A stretch of DNA of 64,000 nt from Candidatus Woesearchaeota archaeon (GTDB lineage Archaea; Nanobdellota; Nanobdellia; Woesearchaeales; DSVV01), in assembly GCA_016219865.1 (NCBI GenBank), contig JACRKF010000033.1, positions 1,960-65,959 on the forward strand. The letters are read 5' to 3'. Position 1 is the stretch's first letter; every line of letters starts with the position of its first letter. This document shows positions 19,001 through 28,731 of the stretch, in pieces. Under the pieces are notes generated by a model. That model saw only the letters and a list, made by a program, of their open reading frames with translations, made no database searches and was not told the DNA's origin. The position numbers and the translations under genes are program-made.

Positions 19001-22000
19001 ATGAACTATGGTTTCGGAGCAAAAACAAGAAAAGTATTGCAGTTTTATTTAGTTTACGCTTTATTCTTATTGTTGAGTGCTGCTTTTGTCACAGCAGACA
19101 ATATTAATTTTGCTATAATTACAGATACAAATGTTGGCATTGGGAGCATTGTATTAGCAGAACAAACTGATGCAGTTGTTAATTCAATTATTCATTCTCC
19201 GCAAAATATTGATTTTGTTATTCATCTTGGCAATATGGTAGCAGGAAGTTCTGCTGCAACAGCTGATGATGCTGAAAAGATGTGGAATGAATACAATCAG
19301 AAAGTTATAAAACAATTGCAGGATAAAAATATAGGACTGCTTTTAATTGCTAATAAACAAGATAAAGCAAATGCTGCATTAGAAAGTAATTATATCAATT
19401 TATTTAACTCTGCAACTCACGATTTTGTCTCTTCAGCAGCTGCAAAAGATAATTATGCATTTGTATACAAGAACAATCTTTTTATTGTTTTGCAGTATGA
19501 CAAAAATATTGACAAAAGCTGGTTAAAAGAACAGTTAGAAAATAATTATCAATCTGTTGACCATGTGTTTGTATTTTATCCAAACGAATTTGTTGCAATT
19601 GCAAAAGAAAAAACAACCTCCTTAGTCTGTAATAATTGCAATGACTTATTTTCTGCGCTTGATGCTTACAGCAATAAATTTGGCAACAAGGTAACATTAT
19701 TTACAGCATCATCTCAAGTTTATTACAAAGGAAATTACAAAGGATATGATATTGTCTCAGTTGGCGCAATTGACGAACCGCATACAATAATTGGAACTAA
19801 TGAACGGCAAAAAGCTGTGTATGCAGTTGTTAAAATAAATGATAAGGATACTGTTATTTATGGTGTTGAAGAGCAATTTGATCATTGGTTTTACGAATGC
19901 AGAAACCTGCCATTGATCCAGCCAGCAGGCTATGACAAATTTAAAGGAATGATTGCAGGATGCCAGCAGATAACAGGAGATAAAAAAACAAATGATATTA
20001 TCCAGTCACCCTGTATTATTCCTCCGCAATTTGAAGGATATGATCAATTTGCAAAAGCAAGAGGATTGATCGTTGAAAGTTTCAATGAAAAACATCCAGA
20101 ATATGATTCAATTATATTAGAAGCATCGCAAAGGTTTAACATGCCATTTGAATTGATTAAAGCAATTGTCATGGAAGAATCAGGTGGAAATCCTTTTCCA
20201 TCAAAACAATCTCTTGGTGGAACAACCTGCAATGAAAATGGATGTTTATGCAATCAACAAGGATTTTGTGGATTGATGGGAACAGGATTAAATTATGTTT
20301 GCTTAACTCCTTCTGAATGCAATAAACAAGCATTTATGGACGGAAACCCTCGTGACCAAATCTTTGCAGGAACCTCAATCCTCCGCAGAATAATAGACAA
20401 AAAACAATGCAAACTTGATAATAAGAATCTGCTTGATGATGTTAATAATCCTCAATATATCATGCATTTATTTGGCTGCTATGGAAAAGGTTCTGCTGAT
20501 AATAAAGAATATTGTGAAAGAGAAAATAAACCATGTGGTTATCCTGTTTTCCTCCGCAGAGCAATGCAAAAAAGTGCTAAACCTCTTGAAAAGATTACTC
20601 CTGCGGATATTGCTGCTGTAACTACAGATGCAAACGCAATAGTTCATAGTTACATAAAATATATTAAATTAAATCTCTGTAAAAATGGAGTCATCAATGA
20701 CCAAATAGCGCATCCAATTATTCAAAGTACTGCAGCGCAAAGCCAATCTGCATTAGCTAAAGTTGGAATTGCTCAAGGTGTTTCAACAGTCTATTATCTA
20801 ACACCTAACTTCAGAGTAAACATGGATAATGCATTCACAGATTATAAAACAATTAGAGAAGCAGCAACGCAATTAGTAACTGAAGTTAATGACTGCAGAA
20901 GTCGTGGCAATACTGTTGAGAATTGTTTTGCTATTAATATTAATAATCAAAAGTATAAAACGCTTGGAATTACAGTTGATAATCAATTATGCAAAGAAAG
21001 TCAGCTGGATAAATTCATCTATGATTCAATTGAGAATATGAAAACATGTTCAAGATTATCATTAAAAAAATGTCAGATGATTATCCCGCAGCAATATCCT
21101 GGAGAGGCAAAGCTTGATGAGAATGCAATTGCATTTGTTTTCTCATCTGTTGATGGCAAAACAATTCTTATTGAGGCATCTGTCAACAATATATTGCATA
21201 CTGCGGATAAAATAACTGGAAGCTTGGCATTATTTGAAGATTTTATAGCGCAGCCGGAGTTTAAAGATATGAAGAATGCAACAATTCTGCTGAAATATGA
21301 TAAATATCAATCTAAACACAATATATTATCATTTAATGATAATCATAATTTTGTTTCAAAAGACAAAATTATTCCTTTTGTTTTCAATCAGGATAATAAA
21401 TTAACTTTCTTTAGTGATAAGTTAGCGCAGCCATATTTTTCTTTTGCTGAAGCGCAGCAGCAGGAAATAGATGACATGCAAAAACTAAAAAAAGGTTTTA
21501 AGTTGTGCTATTTAAGCAAGAATACATTGTATGCAAAAGGTATGTTTGACACTTCTCCTGAAGATATTGCTTATTATGAGAATAATTTGCGTTATCCAAC
21601 AAAATTAAGAGCTCTTGTCTATAGATTTGCATTATTATTTGATGTTTCTCAGGCAATTCCTCATACAGCTATTGCAGCAGCTGACTTGCAGAAAGCAGAG
21701 AAAACTGTGCTTGTAAAGTTTGATAAACCAACTACTCCTGTTAAATATTATACATTATTTTTTTCTAACGAAAAAAATATATTGGAAAAACCTGCAAATG
21801 AGCTTAAAGATAAAGAAAATGTCCAGAAGATTATTCTTGATCCTAGCGCGGCAAAAACAGTAAGCGTCGCAGATTATTCTTTGCTTGGAGATGAAATAGT
21901 TATTGGCAAACTTTATTATAACATTCAGGAGAATATGTATTTCTTAGCAGTTGCAGTTGATAATGAATTAAAGCAATATTATTTTACTATTGCTGCAATG

Positions 22001-22480
22001 AGTGTTAATAATAAAGAACCGAATAATATTGATGCTGATCAAAAGCTAAATGTCATTGAAGGATTTTCAATTGATGATTTGCCTCCAGCATCGCCGGAAA
22101 TTGTTATTATTGAAGGTGCTTCTATTTCAGCAGCAGATATAAATCAAGAAGAGATCGAAAGCAATGTTGCATTAGCTGCGCCTCTTCAAGGAAGCATCGC
22201 AGTTGCTTGGGATAGTGTTGCAGATAATAGTAATCTTAATTATCTTCTTGCTGATTTAGATGGATATTTTGTTGTAATGCATGAGGATAAAGTTAATACT
22301 TCATTAAAGCTTACTAAAGATAATTGCAATACTGCAAATAATTGTCAATTTGTTTCTGCAGTATTGCCAGACAACAAAGATAGATTTGAAACAGTTTTTG
22401 CTGGATTAGATGATGCAAATAATTATATGGTTGTTGTTTATGCTGTTGATACTTCTGGAAATTATTTAGAAATTAAATAA
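19001..22480 (+). CDS. Large secreted protein (1159 aa) with a lytic-transglycosylase (SLT/lysozyme-like) domain
   Basis: N-terminal signal peptide. Residues ~370–470 read EASQRFNMPFELIKAIVMEESGGNP...GFCGLMGTG...DGNPRDQIFAGTSILRRI, which matches the family-1 LT motifs (catalytic E-S, G-L-M-[QG], downstream NP...I..G..IL) around a Cys-rich insertion. Confidence 0.5.
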   Translation: MNYGFGAKTRKVLQFYLVYALFLLLSAAFVTADNINFAIITDTNVGIGSIVLAEQTDAVVNSIIHSPQNIDFVIHLGNMVAGSSAATADDAEKMWNEYNQKVIKQLQDKNIGLLLIANKQDKANAALESNYINLFNSATHDFVSSAAAKDNYAFVYKNNLFIVLQYDKNIDKSWLKEQLENNYQSVDHVFVFYPNEFVAIAKEKTTSLVCNNCNDLFSALDAYSNKFGNKVTLFTASSQVYYKGNYKGYDIVSVGAIDEPHTIIGTNERQKAVYAVVKINDKDTVIYGVEEQFDHWFYECRNLPLIQPAGYDKFKGMIAGCQQITGDKKTNDIIQSPCIIPPQFEGYDQFAKARGLIVESFNEKHPEYDSIILEASQRFNMPFELIKAIVMEESGGNPFPSKQSLGGTTCNENGCLCNQQGFCGLMGTGLNYVCLTPSECNKQAFMDGNPRDQIFAGTSILRRIIDKKQCKLDNKNLLDDVNNPQYIMHLFGCYGKGSADNKEYCERENKPCGYPVFLRRAMQKSAKPLEKITPADIAAVTTDANAIVHSYIKYIKLNLCKNGVINDQIAHPIIQSTAAQSQSALAKVGIAQGVSTVYYLTPNFRVNMDNAFTDYKTIREAATQLVTEVNDCRSRGNTVENCFAININNQKYKTLGITVDNQLCKESQLDKFIYDSIENMKTCSRLSLKKCQMIIPQQYPGEAKLDENAIAFVFSSVDGKTILIEASVNNILHTADKITGSLALFEDFIAQPEFKDMKNATILLKYDKYQSKHNILSFNDNHNFVSKDKIIPFVFNQDNKLTFFSDKLAQPYFSFAEAQQQEIDDMQKLKKGFKLCYLSKNTLYAKGMFDTSPEDIAYYENNLRYPTKLRALVYRFALLFDVSQAIPHTAIAAADLQKAEKTVLVKFDKPTTPVKYYTLFFSNEKNILEKPANELKDKENVQKIILDPSAAKTVSVADYSLLGDEIVIGKLYYNIQENMYFLAVAVDNELKQYYFTIAAMSVNNKEPNNIDADQKLNVIEGFSIDDLPPASPEIVIIEGASISAADINQEEIESNVALAAPLQGSIAVAWDSVADNSNLNYLLADLDGYFVVMHEDKVNTSLKLTKDNCNTANNCQFVSAVLPDNKDRFETVFAGLDDANNYMVVVYAVDTSGNYLEIK

Positions 22481-22958
22481 TAACTGCAAATAATGTAATA
22501 ATTGTCATCAATATAAGCAAGATTATCTCTGCAAGCCCGCCTGTCTTCATAAACCCTTTAATTCTAACAGGTATTGGATACAAAAACATAATGCCTTGAT
22601 GATTTAGTGTATCTAAAACAAGATGTGAAAGATAGCCAATAAAAAACGGCACAATGTAAATAACTGGAATAACTAAAGATAATAAATATGAAAAGAGAAA
22701 TAATGCTAACAATGAATGAAAAAACCCTCTGTGTGTAAAGAGATATCCAACAATCTTAACATGCTTGCCAAGTTTTGAGGTAGTAATATCAATATCTGGA
22801 ATCATTGCAGCAAAGATAATAATCGCAATATACAACTGCGGCTGCAATTGAATATATTGAAAAGTCAGCAAACCAATAAGAAATGCAAATATAAGATGGG
22901 TTTTGAATAACATAAAAAAACATCGCTCCACTAGTTTTTTCTTCAGAGAAATTTCCAA
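22473..22958 (-). CDS. Membrane-bound metal-dependent hydrolase, DUF457/YdjM family
   Basis: Multi-TM protein with PDIDI...HRGFFHS...HLVLD His/Asp motifs typical of the YdjM family. Confidence 0.55.
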   Translation of the reverse strand: MEISLKKKLVERCFFMLFKTHLIFAFLIGLLTFQYIQLQPQLYIAIIIFAAMIPDIDITTSKLGKHVKIVGYLFTHRGFFHSLLALFLFSYLLSLVIPVIYIVPFFIGYLSHLVLDTLNHQGIMFLYPIPVRIKGFMKTGGLAEIILLILMTIITLFAVII

Positions 22959-23015
22959 AATTCAATTTCTGCAATTTTCATACCAAATCCCTTGTTGTCC
23001 GAATTGCCTCGCTAG

Positions 23016-23040
23016 GAGAATTTTGCAAAGCAAAATTCTC
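23016..23040. repeat. Palindrome GAGAATTTTGC-AAA-GCAAAATTCTC (copy b), just 3' of the RPA-like gene
   Basis: Identical 25-mer to copy a. Confidence 0.8.
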
Positions 23041-23047
23041 TTCAGAA

Positions 23048-24109
23048 TCACAAATTAGCTAAAGAGGGTATATTATTTGGTGCATTTGGCGCTGTCTGCA
23101 ATTCTTTCTCTAATTTCTTCATTTCATCTTCAGGATTAATATCTGTGAACACAAAATTGCTTATAAACTCTAGTCTGTCAAACATCATATTCTTTGAAGT
23201 CTTGCCTACTATTTTAATCATTTCGCCAAGCAAGTCATTCTTTATTTTTGCAAATGCTTCAGGAGCTTCTTTGAATATTAGAATCTCTTCTTCTTCTTTC
23301 TTAAGAAGCTTTTTCACTTGATTCTTAAAAAATACTGCCCTAATATTATCTGTGCCGTCATCGAGAAAAACATTAACAACATATGAATAGCCATGTTTTA
23401 CTGCGCCATGTTCATTGCAGACAAATCCTGTTTCTTTTGCTGAAACCTTTTTGCCGCAATTTGGGCATATCTCAAAGAATTTTATATCAAATACCTGCAC
23501 AATTGTTCCGACTAATTCAATATTTGTTTCATTTTCTTTAAGATCATGAATTCTTTTTCTGGTAGAGTCATATTGTTTTTGTTGTTGTGATTGCATTTGT
23601 TGCGATAGTTGAGCAACTGCAACATTTGGCGGATTTAAAAACAGCTTGCTTTTCTCATTGAGATGCAACTCCTTAAAACCATTGCTCTCTTTGATATAGC
23701 CAGATAATATTTTCACAACATCATTTTCCTTCAGAACATCAAAATCTTTTGTAAGAGCATGCCAAAGAACAATCCTTAATTGCCCTGTTTCATCAGCTGC
23801 TAGAAAACTTGCAACCTTGCCTTGTATTTCTCCTTTTTGAAATTCTCTCAATGCATATTTCTTTGCTACACGAGCATTTAATTCAATATTTCTCATTCCT
23901 GCAACAAGATCTTTTATTTTCATTGCCCCTGATGCCTGCACTAATCGTATACCCAAATCATTTGCAACAATATGCGCAGCGCCTTCTTCTGAGATTAATC
24001 CTGCTAATTGCGTCATTTTTTGCTTTATTTTTTCATGAATTTCATCATCTGAAAGCTGAGACTTTTCTTTAATCTTTTCAATTATTGTTTGTAAAGGCAT
24101 TGATGTCAT
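23048..24109 (-). CDS. RPA-like single-stranded-DNA-binding protein (OB fold + C-terminal zinc ribbon)
   Basis: N-terminal LISEEGAAHIVANDLGI helix typical of euryarchaeal RPA. OB-fold block NARVAKKYALREFQKGEIQGKVASFLAADETGQLRIVLW. C-terminal CPNCGKKV...CNEHG. Confidence 0.55.
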   Translation of the reverse strand: MTSMPLQTIIEKIKEKSQLSDDEIHEKIKQKMTQLAGLISEEGAAHIVANDLGIRLVQASGAMKIKDLVAGMRNIELNARVAKKYALREFQKGEIQGKVASFLAADETGQLRIVLWHALTKDFDVLKENDVVKILSGYIKESNGFKELHLNEKSKLFLNPPNVAVAQLSQQMQSQQQKQYDSTRKRIHDLKENETNIELVGTIVQVFDIKFFEICPNCGKKVSAKETGFVCNEHGAVKHGYSYVVNVFLDDGTDNIRAVFFKNQVKKLLKKEEEEILIFKEAPEAFAKIKNDLLGEMIKIVGKTSKNMMFDRLEFISNFVFTDINPEDEMKKLEKELQTAPNAPNNIPSLANL

Positions 24110-24235
24110 AGTAAACCACTTTTTAATCTGTTTTTATTCAATTATATAATACTAGAATTCTTGGAATGTTTATATAGTTTATTGATTTGCTCCTTCAATC
24201 TCTGCTTTCACATACTGCATTATTTGTCTGATGAG

Positions 24236-24260
24236 GAGAATTTTGCTTTGCAAAATTCTC
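24236..24260. repeat. Palindrome GAGAATTTTGC-TTT-GCAAAATTCTC (copy c, opposite loop orientation), just 3' of the 24262..24732 gene
   Basis: Same arms, loop TTT. Confidence 0.8.
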
Positions 24261-24261
24261 T

Positions 24262-24732
24262 TTACTTAACAAGATAATATTTTTTTCTAACAAAAATATA
24301 CGCAATTGATCCATAGATTAAAATCATAATTAATTGTGTTATTATAAAAAGAGTTGCTATTTGTTCAATTGAAAGAAAAGCAGAGAATGACTCTAAATAA
24401 TACTGTTTTACATTGAATATAACTTCATTTTGTAATATATAATAGCTAATCAATGAAATTGCTGTATTTATTCCAAGAGCAATACACATATAATTTGCAA
24501 GATAAGCTAGTTTATCTTTTTGTAACACTAAATATATTGAAATCAACAATAATGCTGTTAAAACAGAGATAATTGCTGTAGCTGTATATCCTTTAAAGAA
24601 TACAACTCCGGCAAGAATAAAAAACGGTGTTTTTAAGAGATTAAGAAAGATTATGATTGTAGCCAAAAGTAAAAGTATCAGTAATTTTATCTCTTTTGGA
24701 ATTTCATTATTAGAGCTGAATGGTTTCATCAT
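24262..24732 (-). CDS. Hypothetical 4-TM membrane protein
   Basis: Four predicted TM helices. 4-nt overlap with the upstream gene suggests an operon. Confidence 0.4.
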   Translation of the reverse strand: MMKPFSSNNEIPKEIKLLILLLLATIIIFLNLLKTPFFILAGVVFFKGYTATAIISVLTALLLISIYLVLQKDKLAYLANYMCIALGINTAISLISYYILQNEVIFNVKQYYLESFSAFLSIEQIATLFIITQLIMILIYGSIAYIFVRKKYYLVK

Positions 24733-25292
24733 ATAATGCTGTATTTATCCTGCTCTTTTTTAATCTTTTGCTCTTCGATGAGTTTTTCAAGAAAAAACAT
24801 TATTTGGCTTTCTGGAACTCCTAAAGCAAGTTCTAGTTCTTCTATTGTTTTTGAGCCATTGCGAAGCTCTATTTTGATAAAATTTCTTAGAAGAATTGTA
24901 AGATTCTTTTTAAACAATTCATTCTCAACTTTATATTTCTTATAGAGCATATCTAATGTATGTAATTTTGTGAGAATTTCATTAAAGAAACTAGTTGCAT
25001 CACGTGCTTGGAAAGCAAGTTCTTCTGGTTCAACAACTTCAATAGAAGCAGGCATGTAATCATAGCAGAACCAGATCAATTTGTCTAATTTCTCAACTTT
25101 CAATTCAAGTTCAACAAAAGTTGAGTATAAATCTTCCTTAAGCATAGGTTCTTCATATTTTTCTGAAACTACTGTAATTTCCTTTTCAGTTTTTAGCCTA
25201 TCAACATAACCATGTAATGTTTCCATTAAATGTTCTTTAGGATTGCCTAACATTTCAATAATAGCTCTTGCAACAATAGTCTGTTTTGCCAT
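24729..25292 (-). CDS. Hypothetical cytoplasmic protein
   Basis: 187-aa ORF with coding-like composition; no recognisable motif. Confidence 0.4.
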   Translation of the reverse strand: MAKQTIVARAIIEMLGNPKEHLMETLHGYVDRLKTEKEITVVSEKYEEPMLKEDLYSTFVELELKVEKLDKLIWFCYDYMPASIEVVEPEELAFQARDATSFFNEILTKLHTLDMLYKKYKVENELFKKNLTILLRNFIKIELRNGSKTIEELELALGVPESQIMFFLEKLIEEQKIKKEQDKYSII

Positions 25293-25347
25293 AGCTGTGA
25301 AGAATTAGGATTTATTTAAAAATGTTTAGTATTATTGATTGGGATTT

Positions 25348-26343
25348 TTATTTACATATCTTATAGAAGATTATAATGATAATTATAAATAACAACAAGA
25401 CATAAGGAATTACTTTAGCTATCTTCATTGTTTTTGATTGATAAATTATACTATTGTTTTTGTTGCTAATGTTTTCTTGTATTGACTGATAATCATTCAC
25501 AGATGATTTAGAAAGATTATTATTAATTGGTATAATTAGTTTTTCTTTCTTCTGCATCATCTTTGGTTCTTTGATTATTTCATTTGCATATTGTTGTATA
25601 TTATCATTGTTCAGCAATGGTTGTTCAATCTCTATCTCTTTTACTTGAATAATCTGTTTATTATCCTTAAGTTTACTAAATGTTGTTTTTGTTGCTGATT
25701 TCTGGCTCTTCTTTGCTGCTTTGCTTGTTACTTCTTTTGTTTTCTTGTTATTTTTTGGTCTTGTTATTTTCTTTTCTTTGATATTTTTGATAGAATTACT
25801 ATCAATTGCTTGATTATCTTCAATTTCAGTTAATGCTATATCCTTGTTTATCACAATCGGAATTGATGCAGTATTGCCGCAGCCTGTTATTACAAATAAA
25901 TAATTTGTTTGATTTGACTTTTGTTTAATATCATCATATAAAACTGAGATATTAAGTATCTGATAAGCAACTATATTTCTTCCGCGAATATGGATAGTTT
26001 GCTTTTTAGTAATTATTTTCTTATCTAAATCAGCAATATAATAATAATAGGCATATTTAGTTGTATTAACTTTAGTAATTATTACATCTGCTGTAAACTT
26101 ACATTCACTAGAACTATTGTATAATTTGCATGTTTGCAGCTCTTTATTATTTATTTCTATGCTTGAAGCAAAATTATTCAATCCTATATTCGTTCCATTA
26201 GTATTATTAACCTCATTGCTTTCATTGCTATTAATGTCATTACTCTCTAAATCCTCAGCTTTTGCAAGACTTGATAATAAGACTATGCTTAAAACAATAA
26301 CCAGGATAAACCCTATTTTTAACAGTGCTTTTGACTTTATCAT
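25348..26343 (-). CDS. Secreted Asn-rich surface protein with a C-terminal TM anchor
   Basis: N-terminal signal (MIKSKALLKIGFILVIVLSIVLL). N-rich body with many sequons. C-terminal VIPYVLLLFIIIIIIFYKICK anchor. Confidence 0.5.
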   Translation of the reverse strand: MIKSKALLKIGFILVIVLSIVLLSSLAKAEDLESNDINSNESNEVNNTNGTNIGLNNFASSIEINNKELQTCKLYNSSSECKFTADVIITKVNTTKYAYYYYIADLDKKIITKKQTIHIRGRNIVAYQILNISVLYDDIKQKSNQTNYLFVITGCGNTASIPIVINKDIALTEIEDNQAIDSNSIKNIKEKKITRPKNNKKTKEVTSKAAKKSQKSATKTTFSKLKDNKQIIQVKEIEIEQPLLNNDNIQQYANEIIKEPKMMQKKEKLIIPINNNLSKSSVNDYQSIQENISNKNNSIIYQSKTMKIAKVIPYVLLLFIIIIIIFYKICK

Positions 26344-26446
26344 AGATTAATTATTGTTTTTTTCTTAAAAAGCTTTGTGGAGAAAAACTGAGAAGATTTC
26401 TGAATTTTCTGAAGAAATCTTTGAAAATAATGAAAAAAATAATGAT

Positions 26447-26899
26447 TTATTCCAATTCTTTGTATTTTCCTTTGTATTTATCGAAATAAATTGGGTGTGT
26501 TTCTATAAATTGTCTAAATCCTGGTGGTAATTGTTCATCTTTTTCAAGATCTTTGCAGATAATTGGCGTGCCATCGAGATATTTTTTATTATTGATCCAT
26601 ATTAAAGTGCTGTTGTATAAAGAATTTTCATTATTTAGCTCAGGCTTTACAAGCCAGCCTCCTGTTTCAAGATTTCTTTTAAATATTGCAAAATCAGAAT
26701 AGATATATTCTCCACTATCTGGTGGTGGGTTATAAAAATAAATAAAACCATCCTTAATATATTGTACTTTCTTGCCAATAATATCACATTGCCTTAGAGA
26801 TGATGGTAATTGTGTAGTTTGTGTAGAAATATATTTATATCCTATAACTGATACAACGATAATTGCAATAAGCAATATTACAACAAGTATTTTCTTCAT
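26447..26899 (-). CDS. Small secreted/anchored hypothetical protein
   Basis: N-terminal TM MKKILVVILLIAIIVVSVIGY; 150 aa. Confidence 0.45.
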   Translation of the reverse strand: MKKILVVILLIAIIVVSVIGYKYISTQTTQLPSSLRQCDIIGKKVQYIKDGFIYFYNPPPDSGEYIYSDFAIFKRNLETGGWLVKPELNNENSLYNSTLIWINNKKYLDGTPIICKDLEKDEQLPPGFRQFIETHPIYFDKYKGKYKELE

Positions 26900-26959
26900 A
26901 TTATGCGCCTGGAATGACAGGATTATTGCTTATTTTATAAAGATTATGGAACTAAGATA

Positions 26960-27109
26960 TTATTCCTCTATTCCTAAGCATTTTACTATTTCATGCTTGC
27001 ATTTATTGCATTGAGTTACAAAATATTCTACATCACCTGAAAAACGAGAGCCTTTATTCTCAAGTATTCCTTCGCATTTAGGGCATTTCTTTTTCATTTC
27101 TAGTTCCAT
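26960..27109 (-). CDS. 49-aa zinc-ribbon protein (below the ORF-track size cutoff)
   Basis: Manual translation gives MELEMKKKCPKCEGILENKGSRFSGDVEYFVTQCNKCKHEIVKCLGIEE, with two CxxC pairs (CPKC...CNKC). Confidence 0.4.
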   Translation of the reverse strand: MELEMKKKCPKCEGILENKGSRFSGDVEYFVTQCNKCKHEIVKCLGIEE

Positions 27110-27217
27110 AAGAAATTCGGAATCATTGTGTATTAATAAATATTTTGAATTGTGTCGTATTAGAACGACAACTATATATATAATAACTTCTCAAAATAAG
27201 AATTGGTTAATAAAAAA

Positions 27218-27231
27218 TGAACGGAGTGAAT
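27218..27231 (+). promoter_or_regulatory. 14-nt element TGAACGGAGTGAAT between ATAAAAAA and TTTTTAT, 6 nt upstream of the antiporter ATG
   Basis: Read directly. Confidence 0.4.
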
Positions 27232-27236
27232 TTTTT

Positions 27237-28454
27237 ATGAGCACTTTAATAATTATCTTACTTTGCCTATTCCTGGCATATATCTTTTCTAATATTTGCA
27301 GGCATCTTAATGTTCCGCGAGTAATTGGGCAGATTGCAGTTGGATTATTGCTTGGCATACCTGTTATAAAAATAATGTTGTTTGATAATACTTCACTTTC
27401 AATGATTGAAAGCTTAGCGCAAATTGGGATTATTCTGTTATTCTTCTTTATTGGATTAGAGATTGATACAAGCATTTTTAAGAGGGATTTTAAGGAAGCT
27501 AGTTATATCTCATTATTTAATACAACATTGCCATTATTGCTTGGTTTTATAGTATGTAAGTTTTTGCTAGGTTTTTCTGTAACTGCTAGTTTAGTTATAG
27601 CTATATCATTATCTGTCAGCGCGCAAAGTGTCAGTATTGATTTCCTTGAAGAGTTAAGATTAATAAAAACAAGAATAGGAAATCTTATCATTACAGGTGG
27701 AGCTGTAGATGATATTTTCGAGTTGTTATTGATTAGCATTGTTTTTTTGTTTATTGAAGGAACAACTTCACAATATGGGTTTCTGAAATTAATTGTTGAA
27801 TTATTTATATTTACGATAATTATTCTTATTTTTAAGATCTATGTTATACCAATGATTCTTCATTCTGCTGAAAGTGAGAAATCAACAGCAACATTATTCA
27901 TGGGTGCATTGATTATTGTATTATTAATGGCAGCATTAGCTGAGTTTCTTCATGTTGGCGCATTAGTTGGAGCATTGTTTGCCGGATTAACTGTGAGAAA
28001 AATATTATTAGATGGAGATAATAAAAAGCCATGGGAAGAGCATTTGATCTCCAATACAATCCACATTATTGCATTTGGTTTTCTTGTACCCATGTTTTTT
28101 ATCTGGATTGGCTTAACAACAGATATTCCTGCAATTATTGATAATATAGGATTGGCAGGAATATTCTTTGCAATTGCCTGCATTGGAACAATTGGTGGTA
28201 CAATCTTAGGTGTAATGCGAGCGCAAGGAAGCTTTAATGAAGGTTTATTGATAGGAATTGGATTAAATCCAAAAGGAGATGTTGAATTGGTTTTAGCTGC
28301 ATTTGCGCTTCAGGCAGGAATAATCTCAAAAGGTGTGTTTTCAGCATTAGTATTAATGGCAATTGCAACAACATTGTTTAGCCCAATATTATTCCGATAT
28401 ATCATTACTAAGGAGCATATTTTGAAGAAGATTAAAGCTGGAGTTAGGTTATGA
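27237..28454 (+). CDS. Cation:proton antiporter (CPA/Na+-H+ exchanger family)
   Basis: About 12 TM segments with the FFFIGLEID motif. Start reassigned from the track start 27126 to ATG 27237 (MSTLIIILL), because 27218–27231 is the recurrent upstream element. Confidence 0.75.
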   Translation: MSTLIIILLCLFLAYIFSNICRHLNVPRVIGQIAVGLLLGIPVIKIMLFDNTSLSMIESLAQIGIILLFFFIGLEIDTSIFKRDFKEASYISLFNTTLPLLLGFIVCKFLLGFSVTASLVIAISLSVSAQSVSIDFLEELRLIKTRIGNLIITGGAVDDIFELLLISIVFLFIEGTTSQYGFLKLIVELFIFTIIILIFKIYVIPMILHSAESEKSTATLFMGALIIVLLMAALAEFLHVGALVGALFAGLTVRKILLDGDNKKPWEEHLISNTIHIIAFGFLVPMFFIWIGLTTDIPAIIDNIGLAGIFFAIACIGTIGGTILGVMRAQGSFNEGLLIGIGLNPKGDVELVLAAFALQAGIISKGVFSALVLMAIATTLFSPILFRYIITKEHILKKIKAGVRL

Positions 28455-28518
28455 GGTTATAAAAAACTCGTTTTACTAAATCATAATCTTTATATATATG
28501 TATATGTATATATTTCTT

Positions 28519-28731
28519 ATGTCGCAAATTATAAGTATATCAGATGATGTATATACTACATTAAAGAAAATGAAAGGGAAGAATAGTTATTCTGAAGTAA
28601 TCAGGATACTATTGCATACAAAGACAAATAAAGAAAAGATTTTAGGATGTTTTGGAAAAGGAGGAGTGGATTCCGAGAAAGTAAAAGAGCTCGATAATCT
28701 TTGGAAGAAATGGTCAGAAAAATATGCTTAG
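28519..28731 (+). CDS. vapB: VapB-type antitoxin (PIN-associated)
   Basis: MSQIISISDDVYTTLKKMKGKNSYSEVIRILL is the typical small antitoxin found upstream of an overlapping PIN gene. Confidence 0.55.
   Translation: MSQIISISDDVYTTLKKMKGKNSYSEVIRILLHTKTNKEKILGCFGKGGVDSEKVKELDNLWKKWSEKYA

Noticed and set aside
19001-19500. Possible calcineurin-like metallophosphatase motifs in the N-terminus of the 1159-aa protein (FAIITDTNVG; FVIHLGNMVAG)
   Set aside because: Only a loose resemblance to the GDxHG/GDxxDRG/GNHE motifs. Histidine ligands are not convincingly present.
24262-24732. Considered the 4-TM protein as a candidate prepilin peptidase (PibD/FlaK) for the KKA-signal family
   Set aside because: Too short (156 aa, 4 TM) and lacks the two conserved aspartates / GxGD-type motif of A24 peptidases.
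28470-28515. TA/TG microsatellite (tatatatatgtatatgtatatat) as a possible CRISPR or tandem repeat
   Set aside because: Simple dinucleotide-type repeat with no spacer structure. No repeat–spacer array is visible anywhere in the window.
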